Source: Phoronis australis
Taxonomy: Eukaryota > Animalia > Phoronida
Direction: 5' to 3'
Assembly: GCA_002633005.1 (NCBI GenBank)
Contig: NMRA01000343.1
Span: 427,820-491,819 of the forward strand
DNA length: 64,000 bases
A model generated the notes under the pieces. The model saw only the letters and a program-made list of their open reading frames with translations, ran no database searches and was not told the origin of the DNA. Positions 1 through 14,271 of this stretch are shown here, piece after piece. The number at the start of each line of letters is the position of its first letter. Position 1 is the first letter of the stretch. Both the position numbers and the translations under genes were made by a program.

Positions 1-705
1 TTTCAACATTCTAAATAGTTTACATATTTTATAAATCAACATACAAGGGTGAAGGTCATCTTCAAGAAGTATCGATAATTAGGCGCTAGTCTCAGTTTAA
101 ATGGCAAATGCGCACGGGCAGGTTGCATCATTTAGTCTACGGTTTCATAGACATTATTGTCATGCTGTTGTCCGGTTGGGCCTATAGCGAAACACTGATA
201 AATGTCCAAATTTGGTGAACTTCGGGATAATGTTTGTCAAAAATGACACTGATCAGCCACTATACTTTCAGCACTGTTCCCCAAAATTCTGTTAGGAATC
301 GTTTTTAAAATGTTTTAATTTGGAATGAAGGGTTATCAAAAACTGGAACTATAGGGAATTTTCCAAAAAAATTAAAAATTGCGTAAATTGATGACGAAGG
401 GATAATGTAAAAACTTTTTTTTTTTTGGAGATTTCATCTCGAACGTTTATATCAAACCAACTTTGGTCATATAAATGATATCATTGTTTTGTTGTGAATA
501 TACCTTTCTTTTATTGAATCTTGCTGTAAATCGGACATGTCAAGTGCTTCAACAATTGAAGACATATTGATATGAAGTCAATTATCAGACTTCCTTCTGC
601 CAGAAAAAAAAACTTTTACTATTTTTAATTCTATGTTGTTGTAGATGTTCAGCTAAGTCTGCCGTATTTAAATTATACTTTGATAAATAATACATTTTTA
701 CTTAC

Positions 706-759
706 CACCCCACTCAGTATGTGGTGATAGCCCTGTCGATTCATTCCAACGTCCACGAC
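706..759 (-). CDS. iGluR coding exon 5 (amino-terminal domain); gene continues beyond window start
   Basis: ttttttttctttaag| VVDVGMNRQGYHHILSGV |gtaagt. 54 nt, phase 0 to 0. Matches AMPA VITIGKHVKGYHYIIANL. Confidence 0.9.
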
Positions 760-1693
760 CTTAAAGAAAAAAAACACGCCTTTAGCGAATGGGTTCGGTT
801 TCGAACACTAATGATGATGATTATGGACAAATTTGTGACATTTCAAAACTTTCGATACTTTGAAACTAATATTACAATGCGATAACAAAAAATACAGCAA
901 GTTTACGAGTACAGGTAAGTGTTGTTTCTGTGGACGGCTAAGGAGAAAACTAACTCAAAACGCCAAACATCGTTGGTGTTCCTATGTCAATTGTACAAAC
1001 CGATCCGATGAATTTCCCCGCCAAAATGACTTCATCGAAATAACACTCAGTTGGGTGTCGGAGTTAAATGTGATTTGGAGAATCTGACACCGAGTTAAAA
1101 AAATGCAGATTATCATGACTTGCAAGATTTTGGCAAATCGTTGAGATATGTTTGGTATCGGCCGATTTCTAATAGTCAGCAAACGTTGAACGACTATAGT
1201 TAATAATCGCCTACAGGCCGGGTCCCGCATTTTGAGTATGTTTTCTCCACAGGATAACGGACATCAAACTGGTTCTCAAATTCCGGAACTCTTGTAAGTG
1301 ACTATTGTCTGACCATCGGCCGGCGCCCGGATGATTTTGAGCAGACAGATGCCCGAATGATGCCAAACTATTTACGTGTAATTGTCGCGGCACGTCGGGC
1401 CAACATCGGGTAGTTTGCGTCTTTGAATGTGAACACATGTACTCCATCGCGATTTAGTGGTAGTTGACCGATCGCGCTTGTCCTCTGCAGTTGCGGGCAC
1501 AGGAATTTTAATCACTGGGTTTGGCCAGGGACAAACGTAGTAGAAATGTACTGTCAGAAGGAGAGGGCAAGTTGTCCAGACTCCGTTTATGTCCGAGAAG
1601 TCAGTGGGCTGGATCAGCCGAGCATCGCCCGACTGGTGTGCATCAAACACGAAATGTTGTGAAACAGAATTGACGTATCGGTCGAGCTCTCAC

Positions 1694-1890
1694 CTGTTTC
1701 AGTAGCTGTTGCATTTCGTCAGAGTTGTCTGTATCCAATATGAGACACTTTCTAGTTGCAGCGTCCCATTTGTCAATCCTTCTCAGTGTTTGGTACGCGT
1801 AACTCCACGAGTACAATCTATGAGCGTCTATTGTGACGTTGAGTCCTCTTGTCGTAAACTGCTGCTGCATGGACTCTAACTCAATCAAAC
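1694..1890 (-). CDS. iGluR coding exon 4 (amino-terminal domain)
   Basis: gaacccag| (G)LIELESMQQQFTTRGLNVTIDAHRLYSWSYAYQTLRRIDKWDAATRKCLILDTDNSDEMQQLLKQ |gtgaga. 197 nt, phase 1 to 0. Matches AMPA GLSTLQ...RRVILDCE...IVDQ. Confidence 0.9.
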
Positions 1891-2672
1891 CTGGGTTCAA
1901 ATAGCACGTATTATGAGAATGTCAGACTATCGTACCATGCACAACGTGTTCTGTAGGAATTGGAGTTATTACAAATTCCATTATGCTGTGAAATAGGGAT
2001 TGAAGAGTTAGAAATTTCTACTTAAAAATCCAGTCGCCTTGAAACTGAATGTTTGTGCTGTGCCAGCTGCTTGATGATACACCCAAGATAATGCACTGAA
2101 CGGGCAACGACACGGCGCAAATCGACACGACGCATAATGCTTCGTCACAACCAGAGCCAGAAATGATCCATCAATAAATAGGCCTACTATGCACGGTAAC
2201 GCTGCATACATGCAATCTTTCCGTTGATGCAAAAATCTCGCGAGCAGGCTGGTCACGTGTTTTACTTGTACAATGTAATGCATGGCGATATCTCGTGAAG
2301 TCTTGTGTAGTCCTGCGGTTTCGTAAGATTCTCACGACTACGGGAAGCACGACTCGACTGCGCTTTGTAGACCAAGACATTCGCGAAAAAGCAAGATCAC
2401 ACAAATGTCCTCGAGATATAGCTTTATATTTCAAGCAAAGCAGGTGATCGGCACTAGGTTTTCTGGAGAATGTTTTGGATCTACAGAACGCAGACACCTT
2501 TGGATACTCGCTTGGCACGTGCGAGAATCTTAGGTAATGGAACGGAAACAGCGTTTTTAAAAAGTGAAAAGTGTAATCCTGTAAGTCAATATCCAGCTAT
2601 GTCAAACAATTAGTTCAGTATCAAACAGACAATTAAATAGTATAAGCGAATAAGGTCCTGAGCATACTCGCT

Positions 2673-3270
2673 TTAAAAAGGCCTGGAACGCGAAATCTCA
2701 CAAACAATACATTCTAAACACATCGTGGCGAATATATTTCTTGGGGATGCTAACGTGAGAGTTAGTCACTTTGAATGTTGCAAGAAATTCGAGAAAAATC
2801 GTCAGATTCACTGTTTTTGAAACACAGACGAAATATAACTCTTTCATCGCAATATACATTTCAAAACTTTTCGCCCGTAATAATATATATATATATGCGC
2901 GCATGCGCTCAAAGAATTACCCGGTAAACTTTTCCCAAGACAGTACATAATTGCTATTGTTTGCTTAACATCAAAGGTTAAAGGTCACATTTTCCCTGTA
3001 AGATAAATGTGCTTCGTCTATGTCTTGCCATACCAAATAAGGAGACGTGAGTGCTTTGCCTTGTGGGAGAAAAATCGACGAAGTGCCGAGCAGTTGACAG
3101 ACCTTGTTTTTTGAAATTAAAGAAAAATGCTTTGACATTAACAGAAATTCAAAATCTTTACTAACAAACATTAAAAATACCTGGTAAACAGGTTGAATTC
3201 TGTTTCAGTGGGAGAGAACTACTTTGAATAATGCAGTTTAGTCTGTTTTTCGTGTTTTGTGCCACTTTAA
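2673..3270. mobile_element. Non-autonomous DNA transposon (Kolobok-like MITE, TTAA-flanked)
   Basis: TTAA at both ends. Both termini (aggc..gaacgcgaaa.ct; aaatacctggt...caggttg.attctgtttcag) match the shorter element at 24933-25275. Confidence 0.55.
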
Positions 3271-3613
3271 GACTCGCCTTTTACGCGCGTGATTGTGTGC
3301 TCTTGGGTGACCTCGATCGTCGAACTCGCGATAAATTTGATCTACAGAACGCAACATAACACAGTTTGAGTTCAAACGAGCAGTGGTGATCGGGTACTTT
3401 CCGTTATCTCAACAACAGGTGACAAATTTGTGCCGTGTCAAGTCATCATGAACGGTTAACTTGTGTGGGATCTTACATATGAGCTCTCGTATTTCAGAAA
3501 GAAATCAATTAACTCAACAATGGGTTGCATTTCATATAAACTTCATAAAAACAAATGGTCTAATACTCTGTTTACATTTTTCAAAGACAGTCGTATAATG
3601 TACTCGAAAATAC

Positions 3614-3865
3614 CTTTGTCGTTAACATAAACATAGTGAGCCTTCCTCCACTTGTATTCAATTATAATATCAACGATAGCGTTTATATAGGACGGCGCCA
3701 TCATGACTTGGTATTTTGTTTGATTGTTCCCAGGGAACTCTGGAGACGAGGAGGTCATTATATGTGGAATATGGAGCTCCTCTGTGATTGACCTCGTTGT
3801 AACCTGCGATGTCTGGTTCCCTTGTGTGAACAGTGTACAAATGCCTCTTGACACCAGGCCGCAAA
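3614..3865 (-). CDS. iGluR coding exon 3 (amino-terminal domain)
   Basis: cttttgcag| (V)CGLVSRGICTLFTQGNQ...EELHIPHIMTS...YQVMMAPSYINAIVDIIIEYKWRKAHYVYVNDK-G |gtattt. 252 nt, phase 1 to 1. Matches the AMPA pattern CSQFSRG...LHVSFITPS...LIEYYQW..F.YLYDSDRG. Confidence 0.92.
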
Positions 3866-4709
3866 CTGCAAAAGATAGACCAAACTTCATCCAGAAGTCT
3901 TTTACATTTTTTGCGCTTCTGTATTCCATTTTGTCGAAAATCTTATTTTTTACCATTAAAGGGATTTGAAATCACTGAACGATGGTACTACAAATGAATT
4001 ATGTCCATGATTACACGTATGGACTCGCCTGTGGTTTAGACACGTTTCACATCATGGTGAAAAAGACCGGAGCATATAGTCACCAAAAAACAATGCATTT
4101 TCAGATATTCAGCTTAGCTCTGTCCTAAATTAGCTCACCGTATACAACTGTACGCAAATGTCACATTATCACATTATTTGTGCACACCCTTCGGCGCAAG
4201 TGGAACAAACGCAGCCACCGCCCATGATCTATCGAGCACGCTATTTCACAAGCAGCAGAAAACCTGCGTCGTTCGCTCCAAGCAGCGAATTTTTGTTCGA
4301 CAGACCATTTTCGCTACAAAATTGGTCGAAACGAACTAGTCCCCAATTCAGATTAGTTTCTGGGTTTGCAAAGAGCTGATAGTTCCATTCGTATATCATG
4401 TTCGGCGCATTAAGTAACGCGACCAGCCAACTTTTAGAGCCTATAATTTTAAGTTATAACGAGCTGCCACTTCTCACAAAGCCCTGACAGCATCTCCAAA
4501 TGGACTCAGGAACACAATTCCATAACATAACGGTGAGTTGCTTAAATCAAACGTTGGTTTCTGTGGTGGAAGGTGCGCTTCCAACCGCTTTAACACAGGG
4601 AATTGGTCTCGGGTTAATGATGAATGAAGCCAAGACCATAAGGCGGGAAAATGTAAATTTCACCGTTTTGCGTGATGTCAAGAATTTTAGAAATTTTAAG
4701 TGGAATTCA

Positions 4710-4950
4710 GGTGTTCGTTCCAAGAAAAATGACTTAGCTAAGACAAAACCTAAGCTCTGAAGTCAATTTAAAACAAAACTTAATTATGTCTTAAGTTCGT
4801 AAGTCGTTTCGAGAAATTGATGTTAAGTTAAACTTAAATTTTTGACTCAAGTTTTGTCACCGGATGTAGAAGTTTCACAGTTTGAAGGTTGAAACAAATC
4901 TAATACTTCAGCCCAAAAGGAGTTTAAGTTGGTTTCTTGGAACAGGCCCC
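4710..4950. mobile_element. MITE with terminal inverted repeats (Harbinger/Tourist-like)
   Basis: gttccaagaaaaatgactta at the left end is the inverted partner of taagttggtttcttggaacaggcccc at the right end. Confidence 0.5.
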
Positions 4951-5171
4951 AGAGATACAAACCAATAACTCAGGCAAATGGTCACGTGACCCGAATGTTG
5001 ACATTTTGAGTAGCGTGGAAGCCAGAGAGCGTGCAGACCTTAAATGTTGTTATGGATAATCTTGCGGCATGGTCCAAGGAAAGGATTCGCGTTTGAAATC
5101 CTTAATATCTGCAATGGTGTTGTCGAAGCCATTCGGACATGTAATTGGGTAAATTGGCACAGAGGAGAGAA

Positions 5172-5220
5172 AAGTGACATTCGAGGTGCAACACCCCAAG
5201 TCGTCCCTTTCATCAGACTT
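5172..5220 (-). ncRNA. Degenerate minimal type I hammerhead ribozyme (Penelope-type) in iGluR intron 2
   Basis: Minus strand reads AAGT-CTGATGA-AAGGG...CCTC-GAA-TGTC-ACTT. Perfect 4-bp stem I and intact CUGAUGA, but GAAA lacks one A. Upstream on this strand are possible GIY-YIG remnants (...GQSQ*TLERF, ...GLN). Confidence 0.6.
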
Positions 5221-5536
5221 TGTAATTGTTCAACCCTGTTCAGTGGTATAATAACGAAAACTGAAGAGCGTTACTCTCGCAAAATCAGGGTCATAATATT
5301 CCTTGTTGCGATGGGATTCTAGTTCTGGCAGTTACCAACAAGAACATCGAAAAACCATCATCCACTCCACAAAACGCTCCAGAGTTTATTGAGACTGACC
5401 AGGTAAACAGGGTGCAATGCAGCTTTGAATACATGGTGTACAACGTCACGACAATGACTCACAATTGACTTATCGCCAGGATTTTGAGTGACGGCTGAAC
5501 TGACCAATCGGAACGTAGCATTCTTGACACACCTTC

Positions 5537-5640
5537 GTTTCCAAGCCGCCATTTTACCCGACAAGCAACACGTTGCCGGTAAAACTTTTTGTTTGTTTGT
5601 CGACATTTCGCAAGAGGGTGGAGCTTGCGATAGGTCAGTT
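5537..5640. repeat. Dispersed repeat, inverted copy at ~40640-40745
   Basis: tttccaagccgccattttacccg...gtaaaact..ttgtttgtttgtcgac...cgataggtca matches the reverse complement of 40640-40745. Confidence 0.7.
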
Positions 5641-5900
5641 AGTACTAAAGTGAAGTCAATCAAGCCCAAGGTTCAACATGCAGGTGACCAATGATCTGCA
5701 GGTTGTACCTGCCGAAGCAATCTCACCAGTTGTGCACCCAGTCTCTGTATGAGCCTTGCAGTTCAGTATGTGACAAGGTGAAAATGTCAAACAACGACAC
5801 AAAAAACATCATCAAAGGTGCCCCCGGACCCCTGAAACAGAATACATAGACCTTAAAATCCAACACAGCAAACGAAAATACAATCACATATTGTACTTAC

Positions 5901-6056
5901 CCGAAGCGTTTAAAGCATAACTGTCAGAAATATCTGTAGTCTGGTTGACGAAATCTATTCTGAATTGATAGTTTTTGAAGTTCACGCTATTATGCAGATG
6001 CTTCTTTCGGTTGATGGCCATTTGAGTGTACTTCCCTTTGACGTCAAAGACTCCAC
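5901..6056 (-). CDS. iGluR coding exon 2 (amino-terminal domain)
   Basis: tgtcatag| (G)GVFDVKGKYTQMAINRKKHLHNSVNFKNYQFRIDFVNQTTDISDSYALNAS |gtaagt. 156 nt, phase 1 to 1, no stops. Resembles AMPA IGGLF...N...DSF. Missed by the ORF track. Confidence 0.88.
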
Positions 6057-9000
6057 CTATGACAGCACAGAATTAATTGGAGTTGCACTAGTTAAAAGCC
6101 CCAACGAATGTGCTACAACCAATTTTGGATATTGAATGCATTTGGACTAGACTATTTACCTTTGGAAAATTGGTCACAACTCCACCTTTAACTCTGATGG
6201 TGGCGGTTTCTTGACTAAAGGATTACCGAAAATCCTCATTCCGAGTATAAATAATTACGAAGATTGCTTTCTGACAACGACAAAAATAAATTTTAGAATA
6301 TGGGTCCCTCACAGCTGCTGTGACGAATTCAGCTCATTGCTCCAACATTGTACACCTCTATATATTAATCGGTCGGTGCCGTTTGGTGTAAGAACAATTC
6401 TTGAGTATAAAACCATGATGTAAGGACATCTACTATAAATGCGTAAGCGTAATTTGCGGGTAAAGAGTTTCCTAATTATGTATGAATAGGCAAAAACTTA
6501 CTGTGTTACTTTGAAATATACTGTGGATGGCTCATGGACTTTACAGTACATAGCAATTTAGCGACAACCTTATTTCTTCACAAAGTAGAAATTAATGAAA
6601 AATATTACATATTGCAGACAAATCGCAAAGTGTGAACTGGTATTTAGATGCTGTGTATTCCAAACAAAAACAGGGGCCTTTAAAATGCCCTGCTCTGTGT
6701 ATGACAGAATGACGCCGACTTTGTGGTGACGGTGTATGTTGATCTCAACCTCTGTTTTGGATAACAAAATTTTGTGTTAAGGTAATAATTATGCTCCCTT
6801 CATTACTAAGGAACAATTTCCATAAATAACGTTCAAGCACTAACTGTAGACCCATAAACGTGTTCATTTTTAGAACCCTTGGTTACCACAGAATTTCATT
6901 ATATGCACACAAACATTGCCCAAGTGTTCGTAGTTGAACTGCGTTTTTTCTAAAAAGTCTCGATTTTCATGGATTTCGACTTGATTTCCACAAGCATAAA
7001 TTTTCTCGTGAACACGAAAATTTTGTTTTTTATTGTATCAGCTACAAAATCGTCTCTGTGGTTTTCTGTTAAAGCTTTTATCCCCAAAAACTTCCTTGTC
7101 AAAAATGAGGACGCCAAGATTCTATGAAAAAACGGAAGTCTATATTTTCTCGAGTTAAAGAACATTAAAAGTAATTCTCTGGTACCATCATTGAACTGCC
7201 ACGTTTTCCCCGTCACTGACGGGGCTAATGACTTTCGATGGTTGGATTCTCGGGTCAGTGACCCTCTTTGTTCTACGATTATTGGTTTAATTGTACCACG
7301 TGATCTCTTTGTCTTGTCGCAACACGGGGCCATCGTCCATAATTCCCTTCAAGTTTCGAGTTTTCAGTCAATTTCTATTTGAATTTTCAACACTCTCCTT
7401 CTCTTCAGCTCAGTAAGGTATGGTAACTTGTTTTCTGATTCGTTGCACACTAAACATGCCATCTAGTTGTTTGATTTTGGGCAGTTCTTACGCTGGACCC
7501 CTATATCTTAATTCGCCTGCGGCGACCGACCAGGGCCTGACCAATCTGGTCCTCCACGAGTCCTCTGTATCCGTCATGGTTTCATGAGTTGACGAGTTTA
7601 ATGAAGTTTGACCATCGGTACCGAAGTTGTCCAATTACCTAAAAACTCTTTAAGGTTATTAAGATATTCGATCCTTCCTAACAAAGATACCCCATTACAT
7701 AAAAAACGTCAGTTCAAAAGTTGTTTTCGGTAAATCCATCCAACATTTTAATTGATTATTCTTCCACGCAGCCCCCGCGTCGAACTTTGGACTGATTTAC
7801 ATGTATTTCAGATGAGCATTACCGATTTTGCCTGGTGCGAATCTATTTGCGTTCAAATAAAATCCCACGAGATGCATTATCGTTGACCTAGACCTACAAC
7901 TGTACAGTATAAACTATACCAGTTGCTACTCAGGGACTAGACGACTCCGATTTATTTTTTGGCACGTACCCCGACCATGTGTATTTCGCCAATAGGTTTG
8001 AACACAGATCGCAGTAGACAGAATCTTTCGACGTCAGGAACACTGTGGAACATGGCAATTGCCGCGTTAGCTATGCCTTCAGGACAATGAAAATCTGGCT
8101 GAAATTAATCAAACTTTCGTGTACTAAGATTGATAACCTATCAATCTGTTTGACTTCTGAAATTGAATTCCCCGCGAAAAGTTAATCTGGGATCTTTTTT
8201 CAGAAGAAATACGAAGAATACTAGCCAAATAAACCTGTCATAGTTACTGTTTTGTTAACCGACGTGATAATAATCGGTTTATGACTTATAAGCTGTAATC
8301 AAAGTACGCGATAACACTTCACAATAAACTAACTACATGCAGATTGCTAATTGATCTTGGAAACCGCTTTCGTTCGGAGCTAAAACTGTACGGGGGATAT
8401 TTGTAATGCTGACAATAACAAACAAGAAGTCAGCTTGCCGTTCAATAACGCTAGGACCTCGCTAAAAAGCAAGACTTTGCGAGATTTCGGGAGATATTAC
8501 CGTGTAGTTCAAATGAGAACACGTGACTTTGTCTAGATTTTAGCTGCGGTCCTACCGTGGGTCCTAGCGTTTCTGAACGCACGCCTGGTACTTCTAAGAA
8601 AATGGGGAAATAAGTCCCATTTGTTTTCAGCGTGACATTGGCGTTACAGCACTTAGTAAGCAAAATGCTTTGTAACATAAACGATGTGCCTAAGGTTTAT
8701 TTTGATATTCTTCCACTAATAAGTGTCATCTAATTGTTTACATTAAATGGACTCGCAAACAGTGGATAGTTCCAAGTTAAATTTGAACATGTTGCATAAA
8801 TTACCACAGTATATTCACGCATAGAAGACAACTTTTTTAATCTTGGATCCAAAACATTCACATACATGGAGCTGCTCTTCACAACTCAAGCTTTCAGAGA
8901 TTATCACGAATATATCGATCTGTGAGATTAGCATATTAATCCAACTGACTGGTTAGATGGTGCTGTGTAACTTGTCAATATCTTGCTCTAAATGAACAGT

Positions 9001-12000
9001 AACGCTGTAGCCCCGCAGGAATAAAGGCCGGTCACATCGATCGTTAACCATAATAATAGATTAGCCGAATGAAGTTCAAATTTCGTAATTTATATATATT
9101 GTTAATAACAGCTATTTCAGCAGCGAACAATTTTTATGTCTATTTTCCATTTACTAGACACGGGGGGAGGAACGAGCCCTCCGAGCCCCAAACCCCATTT
9201 TGATGCGCGCATGAACGTTGTGAGATAATGGCTAAATACGATGCTCACATTTTGTGCTAGGGTTGTTGTCATGCTAAGGGTGAGAATTAGAATTGTACAG
9301 GTAAAAATTGAATTTGACGGGTGTTGCCAACATGTGTTTGAAGACGTTTCTGTTAGATTTATTGATTCTTATACAATGAAGACGTTTCTGTTAAATGAGA
9401 CGACAGAAACAGCGCGTCAGCTTCATTTAAACGTTTGTAAGTTGCTCGCTCAATTCAATCAGCACCCTAATGTCTAGGCACAATCCAATTATAATTATAC
9501 AGTATTGTAAATAGCCCCATCCCATCAGAGGTGAACATGTGAAAATACGGGAAATACACCGCTAATCATACGTTCGTACACGTACGTGTTCTGTACGGAG
9601 CTTGAGCTAAAGAAGGTTTCACAGGCTTTGGCCCCCTACGCAAGTTCATATTTCAAATTGTGGACACCACGAAATGGTTCCATGATATATTTTAAGCGAA
9701 ATATGTCCTGAAGAATATGAAAAATAACAAAACGCCGATTAATGATAGATTATCTGTGTATTTTTTTAATTTTGTCTGTTATAATCTACCAGTCTATCTA
9801 ATAAGGTCATTTGATTGTAGCTTCCGACTTGGGTCCCTACGGGCCAATCAAACCAGGGTGCCATTGCCGCCGTTCCTAAAGGGAATACACCCGTACAAAA
9901 TATTATCGAGATGTGTTGCTCGCCGTATTAAAATGCTATAGATTCATTGGTTAACAAGGCTCAAACACGTTCTACAAGAGAAAGGTTCATAAATGAAAAC
10001 GCCAGAACTATTCATGATCTTACACATTACACTGGGAGCCACAAAATTACAACTTTATGGTCTTAATAGACTGGAAAAGCTTTTGTTTGTGTATCCCAGA
10101 CTTCCATCTACAATCTTTTAGTAGTTTTCTTATCAATGTTGTATACTGCTAATTCAAATGGTCATTCTGTTGACCTTAAAACGTCGTTCGTATTCAAGTT
10201 AGTGCCATCCAACATGGAGTCACATCTGAATAAGCCGAGGTTGTCGTCAAAGTGATCCAGTTTGACCATATTTATTCATTTTTGTGCGGAGATCATGTTT
10301 ATGATGTTTATTGATGACGGTATTATTAAGGGTGCGTAACGGCATTGGTCTTTAATAAACGGTGTTATAATAAGGTATTGCATAAATTAACAATTTGTTT
10401 GACTTAGACGGACATTTTGTGTCTTACGTATCTTTTTGTCACAGGTATGGCTTCTCTTCGTCCTTTACTAGTTCATGAAGTCATGTGCGCATTTTTTCAT
10501 TTTAATAAAGATTCCAGAAAACAACAAAAAAATTACTGCCATCATCCCAAACTTTCCAAAAGTGTCGTATGAACAAGTACTGCGAACAAACCTGTAGGTT
10601 TCCACTTAATTGATTTCATTTACAAAAATAACACATGAGCTGTGAGGTTGGAATCACAGATTAACGTTACTGGTACATGTACGTTCACATGGTGGAAAAG
10701 TCTATGCATCCTTCCATAATGTTATTAATCATACCAGTTTAAAATGGTTCCCAATAAGTTTTCTTCATAGCATTGTCGACACAAGTGAGTTTCTAGTCAA
10801 AATCTGTATCCTACAATGCGATTTTATGTTTTGTATAATCTATCTTTCACGAGATTGCATTGTGACGAAATTGGTAAATTTACAGGAATCAGATATTTTA
10901 CAAGAGATATTTTCGCCATACTGTAGAAGATGGTTCTATTTGACTCGTCTTAAATTTCACGCGAGGACCCAGGGTCCAATGTCCGAAATCATATTCGAGC
11001 TCATATTCATTGTTCAGGTTTTCCTCTTTAGTCTTGTGCGAACTCAAGATAAGCGTCAATCAGACATCCAGTACATTTTAGTTTACGTAGGTGACCCATA
11101 GGTTCGAGGTACACACTTAAAATTTCGCGTAAAACTTGGAATTCGGAGTTCAGACTCAAAATTATAGTTTAGATGCTCGGGACATCTAAACTCAGGCTCA
11201 GCCATTCATTCTCGCAAACCATAATGGAATCGAGCACAAAATAATAGACACTTATCTTAAGTTCATAAAAAGATAAGACCCTGCCCCAGGTTTCGAATTG
11301 CGTGAGCGCGCGAGCACGTATTTATGCCGTAGATTCCTTATATTATGTTTAAATGCAAGTGTTGGTGAACACAACACTGGAATATGCTGATTCTACGTCG
11401 CTCGGAGTCCTCCCTTGAATTTGGAACGGCACCCCCTTCTTGAATAGACACGCTATGCTGCAGTTGTTTGTGAGCGTTATTGCTGTCAATACAAGAACAC
11501 AATAGTGAATAGTGATACTAATGATAAAAAATGGAGTGGTTTAGACAATAAGAAATTAAAAACTCCATAGGTGAGCTGCGCAGACGCTAGTATTCGTTTG
11601 CAGCTTAATTCTACAACTCGAGGTTTGAAATAAACACCCAGGATTCTATAGACAATGTTTCTTGAACTTTCGAAGTTACATTTATTCAGGATCCGCTGAG
11701 CAATTGCATCTGAGATAACCGGATACAAGAGCCCGTGATTAGAATGATACGCATAGGGACGTCTTAAATAAACGAACTGCGATCACCCGGCTTCCCTTGT
11801 GAATGACAACGTTATTTGGAGTTGAGTAATTCAATAAATTATCCGATTAAAGACGTTTTCCTTAGAGAGATAAACATTCAATTTCCTCGATCTGGTAAGA
11901 CGATGGAAAGGGATTCCTCGGCTCACATTCTATGCACTGCCATTTTGATCGAGTTCAAGTGTGGCAAATGTTGACACGTAGATGTCTGGACTAGGCGAGA

Positions 12001-12029
12001 AAGCTTACTAGATGATTTTGAGATCTACC

Positions 12030-13430
12030 CTTCACATTTTGAGACCTGAGCTCACCGAGATGATTTTCAGCCAAGGCCTGTTTTTTATTTTACTTGAAAA
12101 GCAGTACAAAGGAAAATACTGTAAACACGGTAAAGCAAGGTTTGAAATGTCGTGATTTGCCAAATGATGAGTAAAATGACACCGCATCATTCTTTTCTTG
12201 TAAATGGACTTGTTTTCTTGAAAAAGTGAACTATAAAAATAAGGTACCACCGCCTCGATTTTCACAAAAAATAAATCCAACTTTACTATCTTGGCCTTAT
12301 GCATGACATGAAAGAATCGATTTCGTGGCAGACGTTTCAAAAGACGACAAATTCACTGAAAAATAAACACGTTTCGTAGAACGTAGCCTTTCATTAGTGA
12401 TCGATGAACACGATAGCGTGGCCTGCATCTGCATTCGACTGTGTACTGTGACCGAGGGAATATTGCAATTATCTCTTATTTGCGAGCAAAAGTGTGGGAA
12501 TTCCAAAACATTTGAGAAGTTGACAGTTATTTGTTGTTTGTTGTTTGCTTCAAATTTCTTTTTATACTTTTTAGTTGTAAGCGTAGACCGGCGCACATTC
12601 CAACGCCTGAATGTATGAAAAGCCTGTGAGTCCGAAATAATCTCCGAAGTTACAGGAGTCTAGTGCCCAGTTGGATGAAACCGTACCAGTAGGGCTCAAC
12701 TATGTTCCCTAAACACCCCGCGTGTTTGTGGACTATGTCCTATCATGTTATTGTAACTTCATTTCACAGCCAAGCTTCAGCATTGACACACAGAAAGACT
12801 TCCTAATTTTACTGGAAAATATAAAGAAACTTTAAAACATCCTCCTTAATTTACGGATTTGGATTCTATTTATTTTCACCGAAATGAGGGGCTCAGTTTT
12901 CAGATATAATAATAGAATATGTCACAAGCAAAAGAGGAAGCCACAATAAAATGACGGAAACCTACAGCATTAGTGAGTGAACGACATCTAGGCCTACAGA
13001 TGCGCTGTAACTTGAGGGAACATAGTTGAATCCCTATTGGGACTGTTTCGTGCAATCTGGCACAAGAGTGACCTAAAAACCTATACGATCGAAAATCCCG
13101 CCCTCTCAATCGAAGTTACAAAACCGTCGTGGGAGGTAAGTTTTTTACCGGAAAACAGTCAGTCTGGATGAAAAATCATTATTGTTTCACGGATTTACTA
13201 TTGTCACAGTAACTTTCGCTTCTTCGGTTTTATCTCAGTGTTTACAAAATTTTACACAGAATCTCAATATAATGTTGGCGACTAAATCGGAATCTGAAAG
13301 GTCTATTCCCTGCTTCAGTGGAAAAGGCCTCATTGTTTATAACTGACTTTTTTCACAGGCATCCGTGACCAAATTTGCCAAATCATGAGTTGTAAGAGGT
13401 ATAATGAGCAGCCACATATTGAGACGCTGG
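12030..13430. mobile_element. Old non-autonomous DNA transposon with long imperfect inverted repeats, in iGluR intron 1
   Basis: 12650-12740 (tagggctcaactatgttccct) is inverted at ~12985-13075 (agggaacatagttgaatcccta). Outer boundaries approximate. Confidence 0.4.
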
Positions 13431-14271
13431 GACGTTAACCACTTCGATTAGGTTCAAAGAATGCCTTAAAAAATTTCCAGTCAGCAAGTACTATGGACAT
13501 CACGAGCAAAACCTCCAAGGGCAGTTGATTTGCAGGAAAAATGTTTACTCTGTAGCTCAAATACGTGTTTTTAGGAAAAAAGCTCCATAGCTTTATCAGA
13601 GTATTTTGATGACGACACGGCAGACTTGACAAAAATCAGAAATAGCGACGGAAGAGCGAAAGAAAACGTATAATGGCAGTGCCTGTAGAACAGAGATGCT
13701 CTCTAACGAGCCCGTTAAATTCTTATGTGAAACCACCTGCTTGAGAGATGTGAACAGGCAACTAATCTAATCCTGCCATCGTTACCTCTTCCTTGAATGT
13801 GACCGATATAAACAGTTAGCAGTAGCTTTATCATACAAGTGCTACAAAATTTGAGTTGTCGATGCAATGTATTTTAATTATTTCTTTCATTGGTCTGATG
13901 ACTTAATAAGCGTTTCCAAACTACTACAAAGGATTTTCATGGTCCACATGATTTTGCGCAAAATAGTTCTAGTTTTGGCATAAGGACAAGTTTGGCACTA
14001 TTATAAACACCACAATTTGAACTCTAATATGCTGTTAAATAAAAAAAATCAAAGCATGTCTACGTCTAGTCATAGGCAAAAAATGTTGAAAGAACAAGCA
14101 ACATGTCCGCGTCATTTTTGTGTCGAAATGAAGGTGATCAATATTCCCAAAGACCAAAAGACGCCGTCATGTTTCGACATACCTATGCCGCTTATACTGT
14201 ATTATATAAAGTGAAAAATAACAAAATTTAGTTTTTGCATAATCATTAACACATACACATATGAAACTTAC

